Positions 40,401 to 51,510 of a DNA stretch of 64,000 bases are shown here, in pieces (the first letter of the stretch is position 1; the number at the start of each line of letters is the position of its first letter). Source of the stretch: Spirogloea muscicola (lineage: Eukaryota); assembly GCA_009602725.1 (NCBI GenBank), contig WELB01000005.1, positions 246,783 to 310,782 on the forward strand, read 5' to 3'. The notes under the pieces are model-generated. The model was not told the DNA's origin and searched no databases. It saw only the letters and a list, made by a program, of their open reading frames with translations. A program made the translations under genes and the position numbers.

Positions 40401-41525
40401 CTCGTGATATCTGCAGGAAAATCGAAATGATGGAAAGCTCGTTGGCGCGGAGAAGTTGTTATCAACGACAGACAACCCTGCATGCATGCTGACCATGGCA
40501 CGACATGCCATAGTAGTGAAGCTACCTGGTCAAGGCTTCTTTTGATAGAGGACTTTACTGCTATTGGCTGCTAAAGCAAAGCCCTACCTGAACAATCAAA
40601 TCAGAGATGTAGTTCTTGATCCCGTCCCTCTGCTCCACAGGAAGGGCGTTCCACCGGTACTTGATGACACCCTCTAAGACCTGCAAAGTGCCAAACAAGG
40701 AAGAGCATGCTTAGAATCAGCTCAATGGCCAAGATTTTACCAATATCATGAGCCTCGGGATGTTGTCGTTCACTATGTCGGCAGCCTGGGTCTCGCTTCT
40801 TGTGACGACCATGTGCAAGTGGGCTGTGCTACTTGTCCAAGACAAGAAAAGCAGCTGAGTTCCAGGAAAATGACTTTAATGCATGTCCCCTTGCCTAGCC
40901 AAGCGCCTGCACAAAACCTTCGCTAAGAATACTACGGCGGTTGAGCAGACTGACCACTGCTGCACATGCTTAGCCTTCGTGACCTAGAGGACGCCGCACC
41001 ACAGGAGCTCACCTGTAGGGCGAAAAATTTGGAGTTCTGGTTGCGGCTGGTCTGGAGGACCGACACGACGCGCGTCCAGGTCTCGGGATGCTCTTGGAGG
41101 GCTCTCAGGACGCGCTCCGCGGCGGCCCGCTGCAGGAACCGAGGAGCCCGCAGATGGCATTGAATATACACTATCTCAAGCGGTACCAAGCAGGTTGAGT
41201 GCCGGCCGCACGACGACCGCGAGACGGACGCACGCACAGTGCAGCGCCACAAGCTGCTAAGGTCTTTGAGCTTCGGGCCAGAAGCTCCAACTCGTCATAT
41301 TCCGTGTCAAGGCCTACCATGAACGAGCAGGCTTGGCAGAGAGAGCCTCCAAGCCCCATTTGAGCTTACTAAGGAGCTTCTGGAATGGGAGCGAGTTGTT
41401 GGCAGCAGACGACATCATTAAGGCTTAACCTCGTCTTTGGATCCGGTGCCGTAGAAGGCGTCGATGGTGGAGTCGAGGAGGGCAACGTCGAGCGGCTGCG
41501 AGAAGTCGAGCAGCTGCTCTGCCAT
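31450..41525 (-). CDS. XPO1: Exportin-1 (CRM1/XPO1), spliced, ~30 exons
   Basis: [165 protein letters not shown]. Confidence 0.96.
36019..36116 (-). CDS. XPO1: XPO1 NES-groove exon, duplicated alternative variant (Cys->Ser); candidate mutually exclusive exon
   Basis: 98 nt, cag|GAGAGC...ATCAT|gtaggc; open frame encoding [32 protein letters not shown](M). Same length and phases as 36230-36327. Confidence 0.8.
36230..36327 (-). CDS. XPO1: XPO1 NES-groove exon, canonical variant (contains the leptomycin-B target Cys)
   Basis: 98 nt, cag|GAGAAC...ATCAT|gtacga; encodes [32 protein letters not shown](M). Confidence 0.95.
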
Positions 41526-41607
41526 CCCGCCGCCCCGCGGGCTGCGGCCACCGCACGAGCCGCCGCCGCGGTCCTAGCCGCCGCCGTTGCCGCCGCCGCC
41601 GCTNCTC

Positions 41608-41730
41608 AGAGAAGTGTCACTCCCAGTGGGGGCAAGGGCTGTGAAAAGCCAGACCGAAAGGAATTGACGAAGGTTCGAAGGGGCCAAATGACGGAAGTGC
41701 CTTATAAGCGCTAAGCGGCTACGAAGGGAT
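41608..41730 (-). mobile_element. CRE-like 3'-terminal fragment in the XPO1/RLK intergenic region
   Basis: AAGTGTCACTCCCAGTGGGGGCAAGGGCTGTGAAAAGCCAG..AAGGTTCGAAGGGGCCAAA nearly matches 21965-22085 and 56577-56657. Confidence 0.75.
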
Positions 41731-42102
41731 CTCTTGGCTGGGCTGACATCAATTTACCTGTAATAAGCTAACCTAAGTGATTAAAGCACTATTAGCGCTA
41801 AAGACGCCGGGGCAGTACATGTCACCGCAGGAGTCGGCAACTCCGACCATCTCGATTCTCATCCGCGTCGCGCGATGACAGCTATTCCGTTTTTTGATAT
41901 CACAATACACGACTTCCATATAAGATTCATACCTGGCGGTTAAAGTCCAAGATTCGACCGCTCGAAGACCGGCGGGAGCGGGGATACCTGGCCGGGGATA
42001 GCAGCCCCGCCCGCAGCCATTTCATTGGCCGCACAGATCGACCAGCCTTGGCCAGCGCCGCCTCTGTCGCCGCCGCCGCCGCCGCCGCCATAGCTGCCGC
42101 CG

Positions 42103-42133
<31 letters not shown>

Positions 42134-42229
42134 CGGTCCCTGCACGGGCAAGCAGGGTAGCAGGCGCTCCGGTCAGCCGCTGCATCAGCCGCCGGCCGCG
42201 AGTCATCGGCGCGGCGATCCCAGCGAGCC

Positions 42230-45200
42230 ATGGCGTCGTGGAAGCTCCGGCGCCGCAGCCTCGCTGTGTTCCTCGTGCTCATAGCCAGCGCTGTGGAGGT
42301 CGCTGCTGAGGCCAGCCGCAAGGAGGGTGAGTCGACAGAATGGTGTCCTGTCAAGAATACCCCAAGCCTCTCCTTGTGTTCCCAAGATGCCTTTGTTGAG
42401 TAGCACCCTGCTTTATGAGGAAAAGGAAGACCTGCCGTTGGTGGGCCCGGTGATCTCTGTGCCTCGCCTACAAGCTCATGTGACCACTTTACGAGCCTAC
42501 ATTCCTGGCACGGTGCAGTGTCTAAGTTGTGGGCCAGGTTCACGACAGAACGTACAGTAGCTTCCTATTCACATAGGCACTTACGATGCTGTGATAGCAC
42601 GTCTCACCCTTCCTCTTTTCGTCGAGCAGTGGAAGCTCTGAAGCAGATATATGCTTCCTTTGGGAAACCCATCGCCTTGTTGGATTGGACTGGACAAAGC
42701 CCCTGCCGTGATAGCTGGTCAGGGGTTGTGTGCGACAACAGCCACCCTCAATATGTCGTTGGCTTGTGAGTGACATGATCATCTGACATGCATATACCCT
42801 GCAATTAGGCATTCTCGAAGACCACTGCTACTTGTCTGCAGTAGCAAACTAGGCCATTCTTTTCCTGGTTAATGGGTGCTGCGCGCCAGTTAGCAGGGAG
42901 CTAGACCTTGCTGCAATGACATTCAGTGGGAGCTGAGGGTCTTAAGGAAGTCTCTGCAAGTTCCTCTGCATCCTGGTGGTCCTTTGTACGTCAAGCCATC
43001 TTCTAAGGATTACTTTGCATTGCTTCTATCTTCTTGCTAATCTTCATACCATGTGCTTGTAGATTGCTGGGCAGCATGCGCCTGTATGGAGACATTCCAG
43101 CAGCCATCTTCAAGCTGAAGCAATTGCGGACTTTGTGAGCAATACGCCACTTCAATAGGACTGTATAGTGCAGACGGGGCACATGGCTAGTCTGTAAATA
43201 GGATAAGTTGTTGCCAATGCCAGAAGGCGGCTCAGGATCAATTGAGGTGATAGTAATTATGCTGCATGGTCTCAAGAGACTTAGGAGGTGCTTTTGCATG
43301 CACACATGAAAGTGCTTCTTACTGTCAAAGCTTTATGGTTGCGATTACAAAGGGGTTAGTCTCAATGTGTCCACCACTCACAGTCCTTCCCTTGTCACAT
43401 CATGTGGCATGTTGTGGCTCCAGGCTTGAGATGCTCCAGCAATGAGAGAAGCGCACAGCTTGTGCGCCAGGAATATGTATGTCGCAATGCATGTCCATGT
43501 CACTACAACTACATCAAGGCACCTTCTCATTGTCGCCAAGCAACCTGCTGTGTACTGCAGCGTTCAGCAGAAGGTGGTCAGAGACATCACTGCAGGCTCA
43601 CTGAATATGAGGAGCTGATACTTGCATCTATTGGATTGCACAGGGACCTCAGCACAAATGGCATCTCTGGAGGCATCCCGGAGTGGCTTGGGCACCTAAG
43701 TAATCTACAAACTCTGTAAGTTCCACAGACGTGGCTACTGTGGCTTATGCTTGCAGTGGCTTATACTGGCAGTCGAATAAATAAAAGCTTCAGCCTCCAG
43801 TTGCATTATACAGTCACGATGACGTTGGTGATAGCATCTACAGCCTCTGCTTGAGTTGGACAGTCCTGTCTGACCTCGCTCATTAGCAGGGTTAAGGTCA
43901 TTTTCTATTACAAAATGTATGATGCTAAGGCAATATGGCCGAATCATGACTATTTTCGTCTTCTCGCTGGCAGTGAGCTGGAGCACAATCACCTCACAGG
44001 AGCAATTCCTAAATCTCTTGCACATCTGACAAAGCTCACGTGAGTGCTCACAGAGCTCAACCTAGGACTGACCCCTCCTTGTAAGTATGTGCTAGTAGCT
44101 GCAGATTTTGCAATATCTTACTAAGTCCTCCATGCTGCAACAGGTACGACACCGGTAGTCTGTGTGAGGCAACCACCCCAGGTTGCGTTGCAAATGCATC
44201 ACCCAGCACCTATCCAACTCCACAAGCCTCCAAGCCACCAGCACCGCACCCAAGCACACCAGATAAACCCAAACCCCCGGCTCGTCGCAGCCCCTCTCCA
44301 GTGACACTCGTCACAACTTCCCATCCACCAAAGTTTGTGTCACCACCAGTAGCAGCAGTGCACAGTGCTCCACCTCCTAGATCATGTGTCATGGAGGATC
44401 CTTGGCCATGCATCTGCTCGGGCGGTTACCAAGGCCTTGAGACCTGCAAATCTACAGTCTCCAGCACTTTGTGCAGTTGCAATACATGTAAGTCTTGTGT
44501 CCACATCCACTTTATAGCCCAGAGGAATGTCCTTGCGATCTATTGCAACTGATGTTGTCTAGATTCAAGCACTTCATATTATTATTTCTACTTCACTCAA
44601 GCTTACTTGACACATCAAGCAGTGTGTTTTCTTGTTAAGGTTTTGTTCAAGCAAGTAGTGCCATAATCTGATAGCAACAATCAACAAGCAATAGGGGCTT
44701 GTTGCATTGTAATTGCCTCTGACCTTCATGCAATTGCAAATCTGTGCCAGCATGCCCAGCCTGTCCGGCAGCTCAATTGCTGTTACAGCAACAAGAGTCC
44801 AGCTGTCAATGCTCGGCACCTATGATGGTCAAGGTCCGGCTGTTGGCAGCAAATTTCAGTACCTTTGCACCCTCAGACCAGCGAAGCTTCCTCTCACAAT
44901 TTTCACAACTGCTGCATGCCAGCCAAACACAGGTATTCTCCGATACCCGAACAATGTCGTGAATGGGTAACTATATAGCACTGTCATATGAATTGCACCT
45001 TAATGCAATCCTGTAATGACACTAAACGTGTTGTAGTCTGCCAGACAACTTCATATGTCAATATATTATGCTGATGCTGGCATGCAGTGTTTGCCCGCAC
45101 GTCCAGGGGCGTCTGACTTTAGTACTCAACTCGGCTTGCTGGCTGCAGATGACGGTGTTGTCAAGGCAAGCTGGCAGCGTGATCCTTGATCTGGCGCTTT

Positions 45201-47606
45201 TGCCAGTAGCAGGACCATCCCTTTCCTCAGAGGACGTCTCCGCGCTGCGCAAGCAGCTACTGGCGCTAAATGGCACACTGGTGCATCCACAATTGGGTCC
45301 ATATATTATCTTGAGTGTCACCGACCCTTGGCAAACTGGTGAGTGAGTAGCTGTCCATGCAGGCTTTGCACGTCTCCTCAATTGACGACAAAGTTATGAC
45401 AGAAGGATCCAAGAATAAGTTATCCTGCACATTGTGCACATCTAGGACTGAACTTGTTAGAAACAATCTGGGCCAAAGCTCTTTAGCATGTGCACATCGC
45501 TGTATTGATGCCTTTCAGAATGTGTTGGAGGTACTGTCGCAAGACTTTTTGCTTGCTTGTACCTTGCTGCTGGCTGCTTCTTGGTTATGCTTTTAATGCA
45601 GCCCTTGCAATTGTAACAGGAGTCACATCCAAACGGCGCTCTGTCCCACTCATTTACATTATCCCAATAGTAATAACTGCCGCAGCTCTCATTGCTCTGG
45701 CAATTGCACTTATAGTGTACAGAGAGATGCGTATAGGTGGCATCAAGAAGTCCACAACCATCATGGGACCTTATGACGACAGTCATCCTTTTCAGCAGTT
45801 GCCCAGCCGACCGAATTCTTTTGATGGCAACGAGGCACCTGCTCCACGTAAAGACGATAACCGCAAAAGTGGTATGAAGACTCTACAACTTACCCAAATT
45901 CTGACTGCTTGCTATGTTCCTCTGTACTCTGAAGCAAGCCATGTTTTATGGATCCACCTGCTGACCATTTCGTGTCTACTTCTTTGTGCTACTTTGATCC
46001 AGATCCACCTCTGCCAGTCGAGACTGAGCCAGAAGAGACAGTTCTCAGAGTCAAGGTGTTGCAAATACCGTATGAGGAGCTGTACATGAGCAGCGGTGGC
46101 TTCAACGAAGGGCATCGGATCAGCTCCGGAGAGGGCAGTGCTGTATACAGGGGCACTCTTGCAAACGGGCAAGACGTTGCCATCAAGCATTTGCGCGGGA
46201 GAAGCGGTCAGGGCCTCACCAGCAAGTTCCGTGCTGAGGTATGCGAGCATGCGATAACCTCATTTGCAGCTTTTGCAGGACTGCAAGTGAAAATGGTAAT
46301 ACCTTCCTACATTCTCTTGGTAGGCTAAGACATTGTATATTAGCAATTGATAAACCCTCGTCATTTCCTCGAGCAGGTGGAAGTCCTGTCAAAGGCACAG
46401 CACCTCAATCTTGTGAACTTCATAGGTTACTGTACTGAAAGGAATGAGCAGCTCATTGTGACACAATTTGCACCAAACGGGACGCTCAGAGAGCACCTCG
46501 ACTTCAGTGCGGGCAAGAAGGGCCTGAGTTGGGAAGCAAGGATATGTGTGGCTCTTGGTGCTGCCAGAGGCATGGAGTACCTCCATGATTCGGCACCTGT
46601 ACCTATTATGCACGGCGACTTGAAGTCTAGGAACATCCTGCTGGATGAGAAATGGCGAGCAAAAGTGAGGTTTCCTCCCTCAAACTTTTACTTGCTTGCT
46701 AGCTGAGGGATATGGACGAACATGCTGCCAAGACATTGCTCATTGATCATCATGACTGGTGAGGTCTTAGTCATATACGATCTGCGTCCTCCAGGTTTCC
46801 AGCTTTGGTGTAGCCAGACCGGCAACATCCGCGACAGGGGCGCATTCATCATCCTTTGCTGGGGTTCTAGGCAGCTCTGGCTATCAGGCCCCCGAGCAGG
46901 CAAATATGGGCTTGACTACAATCAAGAGCGATGTGTTCAGGTACTGTTGCATTCACATTACATGCACTTAAAGCATGTCTGGGTCTGAGCATCTGAAAGC
47001 ATCTCAAGAGGCCCCGAGTGGGAGACCCACAGTGATTGGCCTTGTCAGTGGTTCATAGATGCCCATCGTTGCTGCATCTTGTCACTGTCCAATAGCCGTG
47101 TGTCAAGGGGAAGAGAATGACGTCCAAATGAGTGTTGAGCCCAAGGAATTCCACTCCTTGTGCAGCTTTGGGGTGGTCCTTTTGGAGCTGCTGACAGGCC
47201 GGAAACCCATCGACCACGCTCGGCCAGAGGGCCAGGAGAGCCTCGTTCTTTGGGTGAGTCTTGTGTCTGACATTGAGGTGTGCAATTCTCGAGCCTGCAG
47301 AGCTGGTCTGCATATGACTGCAGTCTGACAGAACCTCATGACGTGCTGACATACTGCTGATTGCCATTTGTTCTGAATACTGCACAGGCTGTTCCACTGC
47401 TGCAAAAGGCAGCCAGCGTGGCGGACAAGCTCGTCGACCCGGCCTTGAGGGGCCGCTACCCTGTACACGGCATGGAGCAGCTCGCCCGGCTCGCCTGGGC
47501 ATGCCTGCAGGCGCAGCCGGCAAGCCGGCCGGACATGCCGGCGGTTGTGGACGTGCTGGTCCAGCTGATGCCAGAGCACCGCAAGCTGCAGGAGCAGTCA
47601 ACGTGA
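42230..47606 (+). CDS. LRR receptor-like kinase (signal peptide, LRR N-cap, few LRRs, Pro-rich/Cys-rich region, TM, kinase with degenerate catalytic motifs)
   Basis: [150 protein letters not shown]. Confidence 0.88.
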
Positions 47607-48610
47607 GCAGAGCTGCCGTCTTGCAGCTACTGTGATTGACAGTTACCAAACAGCGCCCTTGACCTCCCATAAGCTCCTATGACCTATCCCTTATACATCC
47701 CACCATTACGAGGTTTATGTACTCTTCTCGTGGTAGTAGCGTGCAGGAGCCGCGGTCTTATAGGTCGACATCCCATGAACTTTCTGGGGTTTGGGCACCT
47801 TAGATCGATGCACTTGGGTTTCGCCTGGCAGCAGCTTTGCTGGGCAGCAGCCATGGGAAGATTTCCAGGACTTATCATTCATAAGAGAGTTGTACGTTTG
47901 GCCCACTAACGAGATTGATGTAGTGACCAGCACAACTGATGTCGGCAGTCCGAAACTATTTTGTATGACCGTCATGCACATTGCTCAATAAGACATTGTG
48001 CAGTTTCTTCATGAATCTGCAGTGAGTATCGCAGCAACGACGCTCTGCTGCAAAGCCCTCCAGAGCAAAAACTGCTGGCAGTATTGGCGCTCTTCTCCTT
48101 CATATCCTTCTCGTCGAAGTGCTGACCTTTCCGCAGCTCAAGAGCAGGCGGCTAAGCAGTCACTTTGAGACACATGCGGCATGCAACACCATCGCCACCT
48201 CCCTGTGGCTCCGCTTACATGTTCATGAACGCCCTCTGTATGCACCTGGCTGGCTCTAACGGCCTCTTTATTGCCATCAGCTTTATCTCTGCAGCCAGAA
48301 TGAAACCTGCTCATTTGTCTCTAGCCGCTTTCGGCACCTGGGGGTTGTGTCCAACCACCCGGCCACACAGCGGCGGGGCTGACTAACTCAACTGACTGAG
48401 CGCCAGAATGTGCCCTGCTTGGCACAGGCTTACCTGCAGTTGGCGCTTGTTATGTGCGAGAAAATTCGTCAAGCAATCCAATCATTGGTAGTTGACTGAA
48501 AAGCAAACGGGCATTGCCGCCGCTGCCAGACCGCTGAAAGGCCACCCGGCTATGCTATCTGTGCTTGGCTGTCGACGCCGCGCTTGCTCGCAGCCCATGG
48601 CGGCGCGCCG

Positions 48611-50110
48611 TCACCTGTCCCCGCGATACTCGCCGATTCCCAGGAGGTCCTTTGCCCAAGCGACCCAAAACCCCACAGCAACTCGACATGCTCAGCAACG
48701 GGGAGTGCGGCAGCAACTACTCACACAGACGGCAGCGCATCACTGTGGCAGAGAAGCCGCTGAGCCGGCTGGGAACCTGGCAAGCGCGCGTCTTGGCGCG
48801 GGTCTCCGCCGTGCACGGCACGTCGTTGTTGGGCTTGGCGAACCGCTTCTCGGCGCGGTCGCACGAGCCCCACGCCTCGGCGAAGCGGCCGGACCTGCCG
48901 CCGCGCCCTCTGCCCATCAGGCTCACAGACGGGCAGCAGCGGCGGCGGCGGCGGCGGCGGTGGGCTGCGCAGGGCTCGTACGGCATGCTGGCGCGCGCGA
49001 CACACTCGCAGCGGACGACGTCCGGCAACCCGGGCTCGCGCTCGATCCGCAGGTCCCGCAGCTCGAACGACACGCCAAAGAAGAAGGCGATCTTGCGCCA
49101 GCCTGCACCATGGCCACCACCGTGGCCACCGGCGGCCACCGGCAGCTGTCATCGTCGGCTGCAAAGGTCGGCTCTATGGTGGTGCCCCATTGGCGTCGGT
49201 GGCAGTGGCACCGGTGGCGGCAAAGGGGCCAGGGTCACACCGCTCTTCTTGATGAAGGGCTTGCCCTGCAGGTGCACGTAGTCGGTCGGCTCCAGGATCT
49301 GCACCAGCCACCGATGCAGCCACGACCGTTGCCAGTGATGCAGACAGTGTGAGTGCGCTTGCGCGGGTAGCCGATGTGACGTGCCAATGGCAGGTGCGCA
49401 CAAGCGGGTAGGTGCTGCATAGAAGGGAGATAAGGGAGATTGGGGGCGGGGGGGGNNNNNNNNNNNNNNNNNNNNNNNNNNNNNNNNNNNNNNNNNNNNN
49501 NNNNNNNNNNNNNNNNNNNNNNNNNNNNNNNNNNNNNNNNNNNNNNNNNNNNNNNNNNNNNNNNNNNNNNNNNNNNNNNNNNNNNNNNNNNNNNNNNNNN
49601 NNNNNNNNNNNNNNNNNNNNNNNNNNNNNNNNNNNNNNNNNNNNNNNNNNNNNNNNNNNNNNNNNNNNNNNNNNNNNNNNNNNNNNNNNNNNNNNNNNNN
49701 NNNNNNNNNNNNNNNNNNNNNNNNNNNNNNNNNNNNNNNNNNNNNNNNNNNNNNNNNNNNNNNNNNNNNNNNNNNNNNNNNNNNNNNNNNNNNNNNNNNN
49801 NNNNNNNNNNNNNNNNNNNNNNNNNNNNNNNNNNNNNNNNNNNNNNNNNNNNNNNNNNNNNNNNNNNNNNNNNNNNNNNNNNNNNNNNNNNNNNNNNNNN
49901 NNNNNNNNNNNNNNNNNNNNNNNNNNNNNNNNNNNNNNNNNNNNNNNNNNNNNNNNNNNNNNNNNNNNNNNNNNNNNNNNNNNNNNNNNNNNNNNNNNNN
50001 NNNNNNNNNNNNNNNNNNNNNNNNNNNNNNNNNNNNNNNNNNNNNNNNNNNNNNNNNNNNNNNNNNNNNNNNNNNNNNNNNNNNNNNNNNNNNNNNNNNN
50101 NCCACCCCAT
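48611..50110 (-). CDS. Conserved hypothetical protein with KKSGWRK...TAETRAKTRA..DLLG signature (possible Rad52-like annealing-protein fold); 5' part in assembly gap
   Basis: Four visible GT-AG exons (49298-49241, 49102-48982, 48894-48777, 48649-48611) join in frame: ILEPTDYVHLQGKPFIKKSGWRKIAFFFGVSFELRD...SGRFAEAWGSCDRAEKRFAKPNNDVPCTAETRAKTRACQDLLGIGEYRGDR*. The start at 50110 (GCGGCCATGG) is tentative because of the gap. Confidence 0.7.
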
Positions 50111-50392
50111 GGCCGCCGCGGCCGCCGCCTCCGCCGCCGCTGCCGCCGGGGCCGCCGCGAAGTGCGGCGTGGCCTTTCGAAACACCCCGCGCCGGCTAGC
50201 GTGCGGCAGGGCGACTGGCGGGCCGGTCGCAGCGCTAATCGAGGCCGTCCGTTATTTCCCTGCGATTCCCTGCCTCAGCTGCAGCGTTGACACATGGCAA
50301 TCGAGCGAAGTTTTTGAATCCTGCTTCACCGCTCGACACGTGGCAATATGGTTATGACTGCAGACTGCGCCGAAATGTGGTATTTCTTTGTT

Positions 50393-50476
50393 GCTAGCTT
50401 GCCCGAGTGGTCCAAGGGGGGAGACTTAAGATCTCCTGTGCGTTAGCACGCGCGGGTTCGAACCCCGTAGCTAGCA
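50393..50476 (+). tRNA. trnL-UAA: tRNA-Leu (anticodon UAA)
   Basis: Acceptor stem GCTAGCT/AGCTAGC+A, D-loop AGTGGTCCAA, anticodon arm GGAGA-CTTAAGA-TCTCC, long variable arm, T-arm GCGGG-TTCGAAC-CCCGT. Confidence 0.93.
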
Positions 50477-50789
50477 CGGAAGACAAGCCGTGGCACCTCC
50501 TGCGCTTTTCGAGCCCCATCACATGCACCCCGCCTGCGGTCGTGCCGACTGCTGCGGGGCCGCCAGACACAAACCCACGTTGCTCCCTGCCATGCAAAAC
50601 CACGTCGGTGGCCCCTACTCAATGGTGGCGTGGTAGTACACCTGGACATCAGAGGTGCACTCACAGCTGGAATCGTGTGAAGTAGAGTGCGATATTGTCA
50701 CAACAGTGAAATGGTTTCAAACTATGTGTGAGATGAGCGACTAGTCTACTTGCGACTCCGCTCAGGAGAGTTGCTCATCCGATTCCTAC

Positions 50790-51090
50790 GACCATTTGGC
50801 CGCTTCGAACCTTTGTTAGGCCTTTTTAGGCTGGTTTTTTACAGCCCTTGCCCCCATTGGGAGTGCCACTTCTTCTTTGATTCCTACGAACGCAAACACC
50901 CCACGCATTGTGCCTCCAAGGCGGGGTATGCAGTAGCCTGCGCCGCTCGAGCCAAGGAATTAAAATACTCTGACCACCCGCGGGACGACGAGTTCTTCCC
51001 GCTGGCTATCGACATGCATGGGGCGTTGGGCGCTCGGTGGCTCGAGCTGCTCAACCGACTCTCACAACACGCCATCGCCTGCCGCTTCCA
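50790..51090 (+). mobile_element. CRE-like fragments (3' end, then RLE segment interrupted by the Copia LTR)
   Basis: Terminal motif ..CAGCCCTTGCCCCCATTGGGAGTGCCACTTCTTCTTT, then SKAGYAVACAARAKELKY..DDEFFPLAIDMHGALGARWLELL. Confidence 0.75.
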
Positions 51091-51510
51091 TGTTGGAATT
51101 CCTGGGCTGACTGCTCCTGTATCCGCTCCTGTACCTGTTCCTGTCTGTTGTAGTCCGTGTTCCTAGATTGTTCCTTCCGCCAGTTGCAGTCCTCCATCGG
51201 ACGTTTGCCCTTGTCTACGGGCCCAGCAGACCGCCCTTGACGCGGCGGCACAGATGCAGATGCGCTCATGGCGCCAGACAGATTCAGATCTCAGACAGTC
51301 AGTCAGCCTGACAGCACAGGCTCCGCCCTCACCCAAGGTGGGTGGCAGCCATAGGGCGCACGGGCGCACCGCGTGGCCTCAGATGTGGGGAGTAAACCCG
51401 ATGGGTGGCCGAGGCCTCCCTTATCCAGGGGAGACTCTCACGGCCCAATGAGACCGTCGGTAAGGTCACCCATCCCGACCCGCCGATTCACCATATTACA
51501 ATATTCAACA
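51091..51510 (-). repeat. Copia 3' LTR (420 bp, TGTTG...CAACA)
   Basis: Terminal inverted TGTTG/CAACA, adjacent PPT, and direct repeat of 56215-56575. Confidence 0.9.

Noticed and set aside
46795..46940. Apparent frameshift in the RLK activation-loop exon
   Set aside because: Manual reading gives an open frame (VSSFGVAR...[12 protein letters not shown]...SDVF); the ORF track simply shows another frame.
49456..50101. Long poly-X ORFs
   Set aside because: Assembly gap; no sequence information.
5109..50476. Functional link between the Pol III subunit RPC3 and the tRNA gene
   Set aside because: They are 40 kb apart with unrelated genes between; no evidence beyond coincidence.
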